From Burkholderiales bacterium (GTDB lineage Bacteria > Pseudomonadota > Gammaproteobacteria > Burkholderiales > SG8-41), in assembly GCA_030833315.1 (NCBI GenBank), contig JAURHM010000003.1:38081-102080 (forward strand): 64,000 bases of DNA, in the 5' to 3' direction. This document shows positions 1 to 8,916 of this stretch, piece after piece. The notes beneath the pieces are model-generated. The model worked only from the letters and a program-made list of their open reading frames with translations. It searched no databases and had not been told where the DNA came from. Every line of letters starts with the position of its first letter. Position 1 is the stretch's first letter. A program made the position numbers and the translations under genes.

Positions 1-947
1 CCGCCGCCGTCTATCTCGCGCTGAACACGCTGGCGCTGAAACATGAAGTGCTGGTGTCACGCGGCGAACTGATTGAAATCGGCGGTGCCTTCCGCATCCC
101 CGACATCATGTCGCGCGCCGGTGTAAAACTGGTCGAAGTCGGCACCACCAACCGCACCCACCTCAAGGACTTTGCCGAAGCGATCACGCCGCGCACCGCA
201 GCGATCATGAAAGTCCACACCAGCAATTACGTGGTGCAGGGTTTCACCGCGACGGTGCCTGAAAGTGATCTGGCGAAACTCGCGCACGAATACAATCTGC
301 CCTTCATCGTCGACCTCGGCAGCGGCACGTTGATCAATCTCGAAGAATACGGCCTGCCGCATGAACGGACGCCGCGCGAGACCATCGCTGACGGCGCCGA
401 TGTGGTCACCTTCAGCGGCGACAAGCTGCTCGGCGGACCGCAGGCCGGCCTGCTGGTCGGCCGTAAGGATCTGATGGTGCGCATCGCGAAGAATCCGATG
501 AAACGCGCCCTGCGACTCGACAAGCTGACGCTGACCGCACTAGATGCCGTGCTGCGTCTTTATCTGCATCCGGAACGCCTGCATGAAGAACTGCCGGCGC
601 TGCGTCTTCTTACACGCAGTGCCGGTGACATCGCCGCACAGGCCACCCGCGTGCTGCCTGCCGTCGCCGCGGCTCTGGGTGATGACTGGAAAGTGGAGAT
701 CGCCGCCTGCAAAAGCCAGATTGGCAGCGGTGCGCTGCCGGTCGATTCACTGCCCAGCAGCGGACTGGCCATCATGCCCGCAGAAAAAAAAGGCAACCTG
801 AACAAACTCGCCGCAGCGCTCCGCGCACTTCCGGCGCCGGTGATCGGGCACATCAATGACGGCGCACTGATGCTCGACCTGCGCTGCCTCGATCATGAAG
901 ACGGGTTTGTCGCGCAACTGCCGCAACTGAAAATCAGCAAGCAATGA
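1..947 (+). CDS. selA: L-seryl-tRNA(Sec) selenium transferase SelA, C-terminal part (5' end outside window; reading frame starts at nt 3)
   Basis: Frame is open from the window edge. Translation [36 protein letters not shown]... and the PLP-lysine context [13 protein letters not shown] are typical of SelA. Its stop overlaps the selB start (ATGA). Confidence 0.9.
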   Translation, partial: AAVYLALNTLALKHEVLVSRGELIEIGGAFRIPDIMSRAGVKLVEVGTTNRTHLKDFAEAITPRTAAIMKVHTSNYVVQGFTATVPESDLAKLAHEYNLPFIVDLGSGTLINLEEYGLPHERTPRETIADGADVVTFSGDKLLGGPQAGLLVGRKDLMVRIAKNPMKRALRLDKLTLTALDAVLRLYLHPERLHEELPALRLLTRSAGDIAAQATRVLPAVAAALGDDWKVEIAACKSQIGSGALPVDSLPSSGLAIMPAEKKGNLNKLAAALRALPAPVIGHINDGALMLDLRCLDHEDGFVAQLPQLKISKQ

Positions 948-2965
948 TAGTCGCCACCGCAGGCCATATCGACCACGGCAAGACTTTGCTGGTCAAAACC
1001 CTGACCGGCACCGATACCGACCGCCTGCCCGAGGAAAAAGCCCGCGGCATATCCATCGATCTCGGATTCGCTTACCTGCCTCTGGCCGAAGGCGGCCTTA
1101 TCGGTTTTGTCGACGTACCCGGCCACGAGCGCTTCATCCGCAACATGCTCGCCGGCGTCTCCGGCATTGATTTCGCGCTGCTGATCGTCGCCGCCGACGA
1201 CGGCGTGATGCCGCAGACCATCGAACACCTGCAGATCCTGGATTTACTGCGTATCAGCCGCGGCGCCGCCGTGATCACCAAAGCCGACCGCGTTGATGCC
1301 ACGCGCATTGAAGAAGTACGTGACCAGGTTAAAGCCCTGCTGGCGCCGACGCTGCTCGCCGATGCGCCGATACTGCCGGTGTCCGCGATCAGCGGCAGCG
1401 GCATGGCTGAACTGAAAAACCTGCTGCTGCGCGAGGCAGCGGCCAAAGGCCAGCGCAGCGCCGCGGGTCAGCATCTGCGTTACGCCATTGACCGCGCCTT
1501 CAGCATTGCCGGCAGCGGCACCGTCGTCACCGGCACGGTGTTCAACGGCACCGTGCACAGCGGCGACAAGCTGGTGATTTCACCGGCCGGACGCGAAGTG
1601 CGCGTACGCAGCATTCAAATCCACGGCAAGACCGCCACCGAAGCACGCGCCGGCGAACGCTGTGCGCTGAACCTGACCGGCGCCGATGTGGAGTCGGTGC
1701 GGCGCGGCGACTGGGTGATGGCCGAGGCCATTCACCGCCCTACCCGGCGCATCGACGTGCGCCTCAACGTGCTGCCGGGAGAAGGCAAGCCGCTGAAACA
1801 CTGGACACCGGTGCATCTGCATCTGGCAACGGCTGACGTTACCGCGCGGGTGTCGCTGAAACGCGGCGAAGCGCTGAACCCGGGTCAGGGCGGCATCGGC
1901 CAGCTGGTCCTCGACGACGCGATCGCCGCACTGCATGGCGACCGCTTCATCCTGCGCGACCAATCCTCGACACATACGCTCGGCGGCGGCGTCATCATCG
2001 ATCCGATTCCGCCGGCCTCCCGGCGCAGCAAGGCGCGCGACGCCACGCTCGCCGCCCTCGAATCAGCGGATCACGTGACCGCTTTGGCGGCACTCGCCGC
2101 CGAAGACAAGCGCCCGGTTGATCTCGCGCATTTCGAAGCCATTTTCAATCTGCTGCCGGAAATTGCCGCTGCGGCATATGCCAAAGCCGGCCTCGTGCCA
2201 CTGGGAAAAGACCGCTGTTTTGCCATTACCCAGACACGGCTGACTGCGCTGAATCAGGGCGCCGTCAAACAGGTCGGCGCTTTCCATCAGGCCCAGCCAC
2301 AGGCGCCGGGCATCGAAATCGAAACCCTGCATCAGGCGCTGGCGCCGGAACTGGATTCCGACGCCTTCGGCCACCTGCTGCGCCTGATCGCCGACCAGCG
2401 GCAGATTGAAGTCCACAGTTCGCTGGTACGCAAGCCCGGCCATGACAGCACGGCGAACAGCGCCGACGTCAAACTCTGGGAAACCGTACAACCGGCTCTG
2501 CTATCGGCTCGATTCAATCCGCCGCCGCTGAAGGAACTGGCGCCGCTGCTGAAGTTGAAAGACGCGATCCTCAAGGATTTCCTCTACCGTCAGATGAAGG
2601 CCGGCAATCTCTACAAGGTCGGAGCCGAACGTTTTTATCTGAAACCGACAATGGCTGTGCTTGCCGCCACCGCACAGGCCGTCGCCGCCAAACAGCCCAA
2701 CGGCCAGTTCACCGCCGCGCAGTACCGCGATGCCATCGGCATCGGCCGCACGCTGGCCATTGAAATCCTCGAAGCACTGGACGGCATCACTGTCACCCAG
2801 CGTATCGGCGATGCGCGCAAGATGCGCAAGGATTTCGTACCGATACTCGGCTCGGCCGAACCGGCGCCTCCGCCCCCGCCGGGTGCGGTCGCCAAACCGC
2901 AGGCGCAGAAACCCGCCGCCGGCAAACCGCAGCAACGCTCCCCTTTCCGCAACAACCGTTACTGA
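944..2965 (+). CDS. selB: Selenocysteine-specific translation elongation factor SelB
   Basis: N-terminal GTPase motifs [16 protein letters not shown] and TKADR. Long C-terminal winged-helix-type region. Coupled to selA by an ATGA overlap. Ends in a Pro/Ala/Lys/Gln-rich tail. Confidence 0.9.
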   Translation: MIVATAGHIDHGKTLLVKTLTGTDTDRLPEEKARGISIDLGFAYLPLAEGGLIGFVDVPGHERFIRNMLAGVSGIDFALLIVAADDGVMPQTIEHLQILDLLRISRGAAVITKADRVDATRIEEVRDQVKALLAPTLLADAPILPVSAISGSGMAELKNLLLREAAAKGQRSAAGQHLRYAIDRAFSIAGSGTVVTGTVFNGTVHSGDKLVISPAGREVRVRSIQIHGKTATEARAGERCALNLTGADVESVRRGDWVMAEAIHRPTRRIDVRLNVLPGEGKPLKHWTPVHLHLATADVTARVSLKRGEALNPGQGGIGQLVLDDAIAALHGDRFILRDQSSTHTLGGGVIIDPIPPASRRSKARDATLAALESADHVTALAALAAEDKRPVDLAHFEAIFNLLPEIAAAAYAKAGLVPLGKDRCFAITQTRLTALNQGAVKQVGAFHQAQPQAPGIEIETLHQALAPELDSDAFGHLLRLIADQRQIEVHSSLVRKPGHDSTANSADVKLWETVQPALLSARFNPPPLKELAPLLKLKDAILKDFLYRQMKAGNLYKVGAERFYLKPTMAVLAATAQAVAAKQPNGQFTAAQYRDAIGIGRTLAIEILEALDGITVTQRIGDARKMRKDFVPILGSAEPAPPPPPGAVAKPQAQKPAAGKPQQRSPFRNNRY

Positions 2966-2986
2966 TCACAGAACCGAAAGAACGCC

Positions 2987-3895
2987 ATGACCACATCCGC
3001 ATTTGACGTCATCATCATCGGCGAAGGCATCGCCGGCCTCACCGCTGCCGGTGCACTCGCCAAAAAAGGCCTGAGCACCGCCACTTTCGAACAGCAGATC
3101 TTCGGCGGCCTTGTGCTCAATGTGAATGAACTGGACCCCGCTCCGCCTGGCGGCGAAGCCGGCGGTGCCGCCTTTGCTTCCGAGCTGACCGGCGCCAACG
3201 CCGATGCCGGCGTCACCAGTATCCAGGAACCGGTCACCGCGCTGACTGCAGCCGATGGCGCTTATGTCGTCACTACGGAAAGCGGCAACTACCGTGCACG
3301 CCAGGTCATCATCGCCAGCGGCGCCAGACTGAAAACGCTGAACGTGCCCGGCGAGACCGAATTCGAAGGCCGCGGTGTCTCGAAATGCGCGGACTGCGAC
3401 GGCCCGATGTTCCAGAACGAAACTGTCGCCGTGATCGGCGGCGGCGACTCTGCCTTGCAGGAAGCCAATGTGCTGACGCATTACTGCGGCAAGGTGCTGC
3501 TGATCCATCGCGGCACCGCATTCCGCGCGCAGCAACGCCTGATTGATCAGGTCAATGCCAATGACAAGATCGAAAAACGTTTCGGAACGACGGTCGAAGC
3601 CATCCTCGGCGGGCAGATGGTCGAGAAGATTCGCGTCAAAACCGCTGCAGGCAGTGAAGAAATTGCCGCCGCCGGCGTGTTCGCCTATATCGGTCTCGAA
3701 CCCAACACCGCTTTTGTGCCGGATAGCATCAAACGCGATGATCAGGGCCGCCTTGTCACCAGCGATGCGCTGGAAACCGCGCTACCCGGCGTGTGGGCCA
3801 TCGGCGCCGTGCGCAGCGCTTGCGGCGGCAGTCTCGATGACGCTATTGCCGAAGCCCATCGGGCGGCTGATGCCGTCGCCGTGCGCCTGAAATAA
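2987..3895 (+). CDS. Low-molecular-weight thioredoxin-reductase-like FAD/NAD(P)-dependent oxidoreductase
   Basis: FAD motif DVIIIGEGIAG, redox CxxC as CADC (TrxB has CATC), NAD(P)H motif GGGDSALQEA followed by HRG..FRA. About 300 aa, like TrxB. Confidence 0.75.
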   Translation: MTTSAFDVIIIGEGIAGLTAAGALAKKGLSTATFEQQIFGGLVLNVNELDPAPPGGEAGGAAFASELTGANADAGVTSIQEPVTALTAADGAYVVTTESGNYRARQVIIASGARLKTLNVPGETEFEGRGVSKCADCDGPMFQNETVAVIGGGDSALQEANVLTHYCGKVLLIHRGTAFRAQQRLIDQVNANDKIEKRFGTTVEAILGGQMVEKIRVKTAAGSEEIAAAGVFAYIGLEPNTAFVPDSIKRDDQGRLVTSDALETALPGVWAIGAVRSACGGSLDDAIAEAHRAADAVAVRLK

Positions 3896-3899
3896 GCGC

Positions 3900-4448
3900 A
3901 TGGCGCTGACCGCAACCATCTTCAAGGCCGATCTGACGATTTCGGATATGGATCGCGGCTATTACGCGACCCATGCACTGGTACTCGCGCGCCACCCTTC
4001 TGAAACCGACGAACGCATGATGGTACGTCTGCTCGCCTTCGCACTCAACGCCGATGAAGCGCTGGAATTCGGAAAAGGCCTCAGCAATGAAGAGGAGCCG
4101 GCGTTGTGCCGCAAGGATCTCACCGGCCTCATTGAACAGTGGATCGATGTCGGCCTGCCCGATGAAAAATCCGTACGCAAGGCCTGCGGCCGCGCGCGAC
4201 AGGTCAGGCTCTACACTTATGGTCGCGGCGCAGCGAAATGGTGGCAGGACAACGGCGATGCCATGGCCAAGCCCGACAACCTGACGGTCTGTGATCTGCC
4301 CGCCGAAACCACGCAGGCGCTGGCAAAGCTGGCCGAACGCACGATGCAGTTGCAATGCACGATTCAGGACGGAACAGCCTGGATCACCAACGGGGACAAG
4401 ACCGTGGAAGTTGCGCCGGTCGTGCTCAGTGCCGCGCGCAGGCCTTGA
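3900..4448 (+). CDS. yaeQ: YaeQ family protein
   Basis: MALTATIFKADLTISDMDRGYYATHALVLARHPSETDERMMVRLLAFALNA is the characteristic YaeQ N-terminus. Length about 180 aa. Confidence 0.8.
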   Translation: MALTATIFKADLTISDMDRGYYATHALVLARHPSETDERMMVRLLAFALNADEALEFGKGLSNEEEPALCRKDLTGLIEQWIDVGLPDEKSVRKACGRARQVRLYTYGRGAAKWWQDNGDAMAKPDNLTVCDLPAETTQALAKLAERTMQLQCTIQDGTAWITNGDKTVEVAPVVLSAARRP

Positions 4449-4531
4449 GTCACTCAGGCATCACCACAGTCTGGAACCGCATTTCTCGTCAGCACCGCGC
4501 CGTCTTACAATGACGGCCACGCAGTAACAAC

Positions 4532-4626
4532 GGAAGGGAATCGCTCCCGGTGGGGCGGCCGGACTTCAAACCCGGTAGGGGCCGCGAGCGGTCCTGTGTG
4601 GGTTCGACTCCCACTCTCTTCCGCCA
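4532..4626 (+). tRNA. selC: tRNA-Sec (anticodon UCA)
   Basis: - 95 nt.
- 8-bp acceptor stem GGAAGGGA/TCTCTTCC with one G-U pair.
- 6-bp D stem CGCTCC/GGGGCG with 4-nt loop.
- Anticodon loop CTTCAAA, with TCA at 4566-4568.
- Long variable arm GGGGCCGC-GA-GCGGTCCT.
- 5-bp T stem GTGGG/CCCAC with TTCGACT loop.
- Discriminator G plus encoded CCA.
- Close to the E. coli selC layout. Confidence 0.95.
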
Positions 4627-4681
4627 CTCATCCAGTCCGTCGGCCATCACGTGCCGGCACGCATTGCCGGGGAGATCGACC

Positions 4682-6067
4682 ATGTCATTCGCCACAGATT
4701 TATCCATTAAAATCAATGATTTGCAGTACAACACCCTGCCGGCGGAAGCCGTGCACTGGGCCAAGGTCGGCATCCTCGACACCGTCGGCGTGACAATTGC
4801 CGGCGCCGCAGAAGATGCCACGCGGATCCTGCTCGGCGTCTCCGGCTCCAGCAGCGGCCCCTCACTGGTGTTCGGCCACGCACGGCGCATCGGCGCGCTC
4901 GATGCGGCGCTGGTCAACGGCACTGCTTCCCATGCGCTGGACTTTGACGATTGCAACAACACACTCGGCGGTCACCCTTCGGTGCCCATCCTGCCCGCAC
5001 TGTTTGCACTCGCCGATGAAACCGGCGCCACAGGCAAAGACTTCATCGCCGCCTATGTCGCCGGCTTCGAAACCGAATGCAAGCTGTCGATGGTGGTGAA
5101 TTTCCACCAGTACACCAAAGGCTGGCATCCGACGACCACCATCGGCGTGTTCGGCAGTGCCGCAGCCTGCGCCCACCTGCTGAAACTGTCGTTTGAAAAA
5201 ACCGCCACTGCGCTGTCGATCGCCGCATCGCTCGCTGCCGGCGTCAAATCAAATTTCGGCACCATGACCAAACCGCTGCATGTCGGCCACTGCGCGCGCA
5301 GCGGCCTGTTCGCCGCGCTGCTCGCCCGCGACGGCTTCACTGCCGGTGACAAGGCCTTCGAACACAAGCAGGGTTATTTCGAAGTGTTCAACGGCGCCGG
5401 CAATTACGACGCGAGCAAGGCGATTCCGGCGTGGGCCAATCCGCTCGACATCACCCGCCCCGGCATCGCCATCAAGTCCTATCCCTGCTGCGGCGGCACC
5501 CACCCGGCGATCGACTGCATGCTCGAACTGGTACAGAAGCACAACCTGAAACCCGAGCAGGTCGCGCGCATCGATTCGTGGACGCACACCCGTCGCCTCG
5601 AACACACCAACCGTCCGGATCCGCAGTCCTACCTCGACGCCAAGTTCAGCGTGCAATACACGCTGGCCCGCGCGCTGAAGGACCGCACGGTCAAGCTCGA
5701 ACACTTTGAAGGTGATAACTGGAAAGATCCGGCGACGCGCGCCATCCTGCCGAAAATCCACGTTGCGGCGTACACCACGGAACAGTTTCCCGTCGACAAC
5801 CACTTCGGCGCCGAAGTCAAAGTCACGCTGGCCGACGGCCGCGTGGTCAGCACCAAGACCGACCAGGCGCTGGGCCGCAGCGTCGACAAGCCGCTGCCGG
5901 CCGACATGCTCAAAGCCAAGTTCGACAACTGCGCCGCACGCGCGCTGTCCACGGACAATGTCGCGCGGCTGTATGCGGCCATCCAGGATTTCGAGAATGC
6001 GAAAGACGTGCGTGAAATTGCCGCACTCGCTGCCGGCAAGGGCGGACCGCAACGCGTTGCGGCTTGA
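4682..6067 (+). CDS. MmgE/PrpD family protein (paralogue 1, divergent subfamily)
   Basis: MSFATDLSIKINDLQYNTLPAEAVHWAKVGILDTVGV..., HALDFDD and TMTKPLHVGH are motifs of the 2-methylcitrate-dehydratase-like fold. I use the start at 4682 (GGGGAGA Shine-Dalgarno upstream) because the longer ORF from 4550 overlaps tRNA-Sec. Confidence 0.85.
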   Translation: MSFATDLSIKINDLQYNTLPAEAVHWAKVGILDTVGVTIAGAAEDATRILLGVSGSSSGPSLVFGHARRIGALDAALVNGTASHALDFDDCNNTLGGHPSVPILPALFALADETGATGKDFIAAYVAGFETECKLSMVVNFHQYTKGWHPTTTIGVFGSAAACAHLLKLSFEKTATALSIAASLAAGVKSNFGTMTKPLHVGHCARSGLFAALLARDGFTAGDKAFEHKQGYFEVFNGAGNYDASKAIPAWANPLDITRPGIAIKSYPCCGGTHPAIDCMLELVQKHNLKPEQVARIDSWTHTRRLEHTNRPDPQSYLDAKFSVQYTLARALKDRTVKLEHFEGDNWKDPATRAILPKIHVAAYTTEQFPVDNHFGAEVKVTLADGRVVSTKTDQALGRSVDKPLPADMLKAKFDNCAARALSTDNVARLYAAIQDFENAKDVREIAALAAGKGGPQRVAA

Positions 6068-6108
6068 ACACGCTCAAAAAACAACACAGCAATACTCAGG
6101 GGAACACT

Positions 6109-6900
6109 TTGGATCTGGAACTTCGCGGCAAAAAAGTCTTGATTACCGGCGCCTCCAAGGGCCTCGGTCTCGCCTGTGCACATGGTTTCGCATCGGAAGG
6201 TGCGATTGTCCACCTCGCGGCGCGCAACGAATCAGCCTTGAAATCGGCCGCTGAAGCCATCCGCAAGCAATACAAAACCGAGGTCTTCATCCATGCAGTC
6301 GACCTCAGCAAAACGGAAAACGTCGTCGCTCTCGGCAAGACCTGCGCCGATGTCGACATTCTGATCAACAATGCCGGCGCGATTCCCGGTGGCGATCTGC
6401 TGGACATCACCGATGAGCGCTGGCGCCAGGCCTGGGACCTGAAGGTCTTCGGCTTCATCAACCTGACGCGCGAACTCTACAAGGCCATGCGCGAACGCAA
6501 ATCCGGCGTCATCGTCAATATCATCGGCGTTGCCGGCGAACGTCACCGCGCCAACTACATCACCGGCACCACCGGCAATGCCGGGCTGATGGCCTTCACC
6601 CGTGCGCTCGGCTCGGAAAGCGTGGATCACGGCATCCGCGTGGTCGGCATCAATCCGGGACGCATCGAAACCGAACGCCAGGTCGGGCATTTCAAGGAAC
6701 AGGCACTGAAGGCCTTCGGCGACGAATCGCGCTGGCCTGAACTGCAGGCCAAGGTCGTCGCCTCGCTGCCCTTCGGCCGTGCGGGACGCCCTGCGGAAGT
6801 CTCGGATCTGGCAACTTTCCTGGCTTCGAACCGCGCGTCCTACATCAGCGGCACGGTGGTCACCATCGATGCCGGCAGTTCACTGCGTCCGCGGGTATAA
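6109..6900 (+). CDS. SDR family oxidoreductase
   Basis: Rossmann motif KKVLITGASKGLG, NNAG motif, short-chain dehydrogenase length. A TTG at 6109 has an AGGGGA Shine-Dalgarno 5 nt upstream. The alternative TTG at 6064 overlaps the stop of the preceding gene. Confidence 0.8.
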   Translation: MDLELRGKKVLITGASKGLGLACAHGFASEGAIVHLAARNESALKSAAEAIRKQYKTEVFIHAVDLSKTENVVALGKTCADVDILINNAGAIPGGDLLDITDERWRQAWDLKVFGFINLTRELYKAMRERKSGVIVNIIGVAGERHRANYITGTTGNAGLMAFTRALGSESVDHGIRVVGINPGRIETERQVGHFKEQALKAFGDESRWPELQAKVVASLPFGRAGRPAEVSDLATFLASNRASYISGTVVTIDAGSSLRPRV

Positions 6901-6946
6901 ACAGGATTTAGATACAGGATATAGACACGTCCACCACCGTCCGGTC

Positions 6947-7774
6947 TCAGGCCGGCCAGTCGAGCCAGTCGCACAGCGCGCCGCCCATGATCAGTTCCAG
7001 ATCATCGGCCGTGAGCCAGGGCATTTCTTCGGTAAACACCGTCACGCACTGGCGATAGGTGCACTTAAGCCGGGTCAGGTCGCTGCCCCAGAACAGGCGT
7101 CCGGGACCGAAGGCGTCATAGACGCGCTTCACGTAGCCATGCAGGTTGCGGTAGGGATAAGGCTCGGTTGAATAGCCGGGCAACGCGCTGACCTTCACAC
7201 CCACATTGGGCCGCTTCGCAATCGCGAGCAGCATTTCAATATCACGAAATGCTTCATCATCCTTGGCGCCGCTGGCCAGCGCCATGTGGTCGAGGATGAT
7301 GCGCAGTTGCGGGTGCCGTGCGGCCACCGCATCCACCAAACTGACCGCCGGCTGATCCACGCCGATGTAAACCGGCACCCTTGCCGCTTCGGCCTCTGCC
7401 CACAAGCAGCCCATGTATTCGGGGTTGGACAACCGGTCCATGTATTTCTTGAAATTAAAACGCAGACCCAGCATGCCTGGTTGCGCCCGCCAGTTCGCCA
7501 GCGCGCCCAGCGATTCCGGTAGCGCCGGGTTGATCTTGCCCATGACGGCAAACTGTCCTGGATGCGACTGTACGGCATCCAGTGCAAGATCATTGCGCGT
7601 ACGATCAAGGCTTGGCGGCACGATGACCACACGATCAACACCGGCGGCCTGCATTTCCTGCAGCAGTTCGTTTTTGCCGAAGGGTTGCGGACGGTGCGGC
7701 TTCGCACCTTCCGCCCAGGGACGCTCCGGCGTGTTGGCAGCCCAGATGTGGACCTGCGAATCAACGATCAACAT
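6947..7774 (-). CDS. Amidohydrolase_2 family metal-dependent hydrolase (lactonase/decarboxylase/hydratase type)
   Basis: MLIVDSQVHIW N-terminus, about 275 aa TIM-barrel size, typical of the Amidohydro_2 family (LigI, ACMSD and fuconolactonase relatives). Confidence 0.75.
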   Translation of the reverse strand: MLIVDSQVHIWAANTPERPWAEGAKPHRPQPFGKNELLQEMQAAGVDRVVIVPPSLDRTRNDLALDAVQSHPGQFAVMGKINPALPESLGALANWRAQPGMLGLRFNFKKYMDRLSNPEYMGCLWAEAEAARVPVYIGVDQPAVSLVDAVAARHPQLRIILDHMALASGAKDDEAFRDIEMLLAIAKRPNVGVKVSALPGYSTEPYPYRNLHGYVKRVYDAFGPGRLFWGSDLTRLKCTYRQCVTVFTEEMPWLTADDLELIMGGALCDWLDWPA

Positions 7775-7780
7775 GCCTGA

Positions 7781-8773
7781 TCAATTCGCAGTAATGCCCT
7801 GTTCGCGGATCACCCGGCCCCACTTTTCGTGCTCGACCTTGATGAAAGCGGCAAACGCCTCGGGACTGCTGGTCCAGACCTCACCCTGGCTCAGCATCGA
7901 CTCGATCACCTCGGGCCGACCGAGCACATGGACAATTTCCTTGTTCAGCCGCGCAATGATTGCCGGCGGTGTTTTAGCAGCGACAACAAAACCGTACCAG
8001 CTTTTCGATTCATAACCCGGCACGCCGGCCTCGGACACCGTCGGCACCTGCGGGAACTGTTTGGACCGGGTTCCGGTTCCCACTGCCAACGCACGCAGTC
8101 GGCCGGCCTGGATATTGGCGGCGACGCTCGCCGGTGACGCAAAGGCCATCTGCACTTCGCCGGACATCAGATTGACAATCGCCGGGCCGTTGCCTTTGTA
8201 CGGCACATGCAGCAGCTTGATTTTCGCCATCGACTGCAGCAAGCCCGTCGCCAGATGTCCTGAGCCACCAACACCGGAGGAACCGTAGGCAATCTCCCCC
8301 GGCCGTGCGCGGGCCAGCGCGAGGAATTCCTTTAGCGATTTCGCCGGCACCGAAGGATGCACCACCAGAAAGTTGCCGCTGGTCACCGCCGGCGTGACCG
8401 GCGCCAGATCCTTCAGCGGATCATAGGTCATGTTCTTGGTGAAAAAGCCGTTAACCGCGAGATTGCCCACAGCACCGAGCATCATCGTGTAACCATCGGG
8501 CGGCGATTTGGCGGTAAGTTCGCCGGCCAGCGACCCGTTGGCGCCGGCGCGGTTGTCCACCATCACGTTCTGACCGATGGCCTCACCCAGCTTGGTCGCA
8601 ACAATGCGCGCTACGGTATCGATACCGCCGCCGGGCGACTGCGAGGCGATGAGGCGGATGGGTCTTGATGGATAGGCGGCCTGCTGAGCTAGGGCGTCAT
8701 GTGACACCGCGATGAACATGCCCGATGCCAGAACAAAGCCTATCGCATTTTTGCTGAGTCTTGATGCGGTCAT
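7781..8773 (-). CDS. Bug/TctC family tripartite tricarboxylate transporter substrate-binding protein
   Basis: Signal peptide, then YPSRPIRLIASQSPGGGIDTVARIVATKLGEAIGQNVMVDNRAGANGSL, the Bug-family signature. GGAGA Shine-Dalgarno 7 nt upstream. Confidence 0.9.
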   Translation of the reverse strand: MTASRLSKNAIGFVLASGMFIAVSHDALAQQAAYPSRPIRLIASQSPGGGIDTVARIVATKLGEAIGQNVMVDNRAGANGSLAGELTAKSPPDGYTMMLGAVGNLAVNGFFTKNMTYDPLKDLAPVTPAVTSGNFLVVHPSVPAKSLKEFLALARARPGEIAYGSSGVGGSGHLATGLLQSMAKIKLLHVPYKGNGPAIVNLMSGEVQMAFASPASVAANIQAGRLRALAVGTGTRSKQFPQVPTVSEAGVPGYESKSWYGFVVAAKTPPAIIARLNKEIVHVLGRPEVIESMLSQGEVWTSSPEAFAAFIKVEHEKWGRVIREQGITAN

Positions 8774-8798
8774 TTCAATTTCTCCGGAACCGATTATT

Positions 8799-8846
8799 TG
8801 ATTTTATCCACGATGATTTAGTGGCTGATTTTGTGGGTATTGATTC
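8799..8846 (-). promoter_or_regulatory. Array of four TGATTT/C direct repeats in the AT-rich region upstream of the Bug-amidohydrolase genes (candidate activator sites)
   Basis: TGATTT at 8799, 8814 and 8826, and TGATTC at 8841 (spacing 15/12/15). Two adjacent copies extend to TGATTTAGTGG / TGATTTTGTGG. The array lies 26-73 nt upstream of the start codon. A TAAAAT -10-like hexamer on the coding strand has no good -35. Confidence 0.3.
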
Positions 8847-8916
8847 TTGCATTTGAGACTAACAGCGGCCCTCTTCAACGGCAAGCTGTACCTCGCAACA
8901 GAAATCGCTGCTGCCA

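Noticed and set aside
4550-4681. Upstream extension of the first PrpD-like ORF (505-aa version), and analogous long versions of uvrA (from 37358), ackA (34909), degP (18729), the kinase (24538) and the RNase (32242).
   Set aside because: These extensions overlap tRNA-Sec or neighbouring genes and add non-homologous low-complexity sequence. Internal starts give canonical N-termini, often with a Shine-Dalgarno or an ATGA coupling.
4627-4681. Hairpin CCGGCA-cgcat-TGCCGG after tRNA-Sec as a terminator.
   Set aside because: The stem is only 6 bp with no trailing T-run, and it overlaps the Shine-Dalgarno of the next gene. There is not enough evidence to call it a terminator or a regulator.
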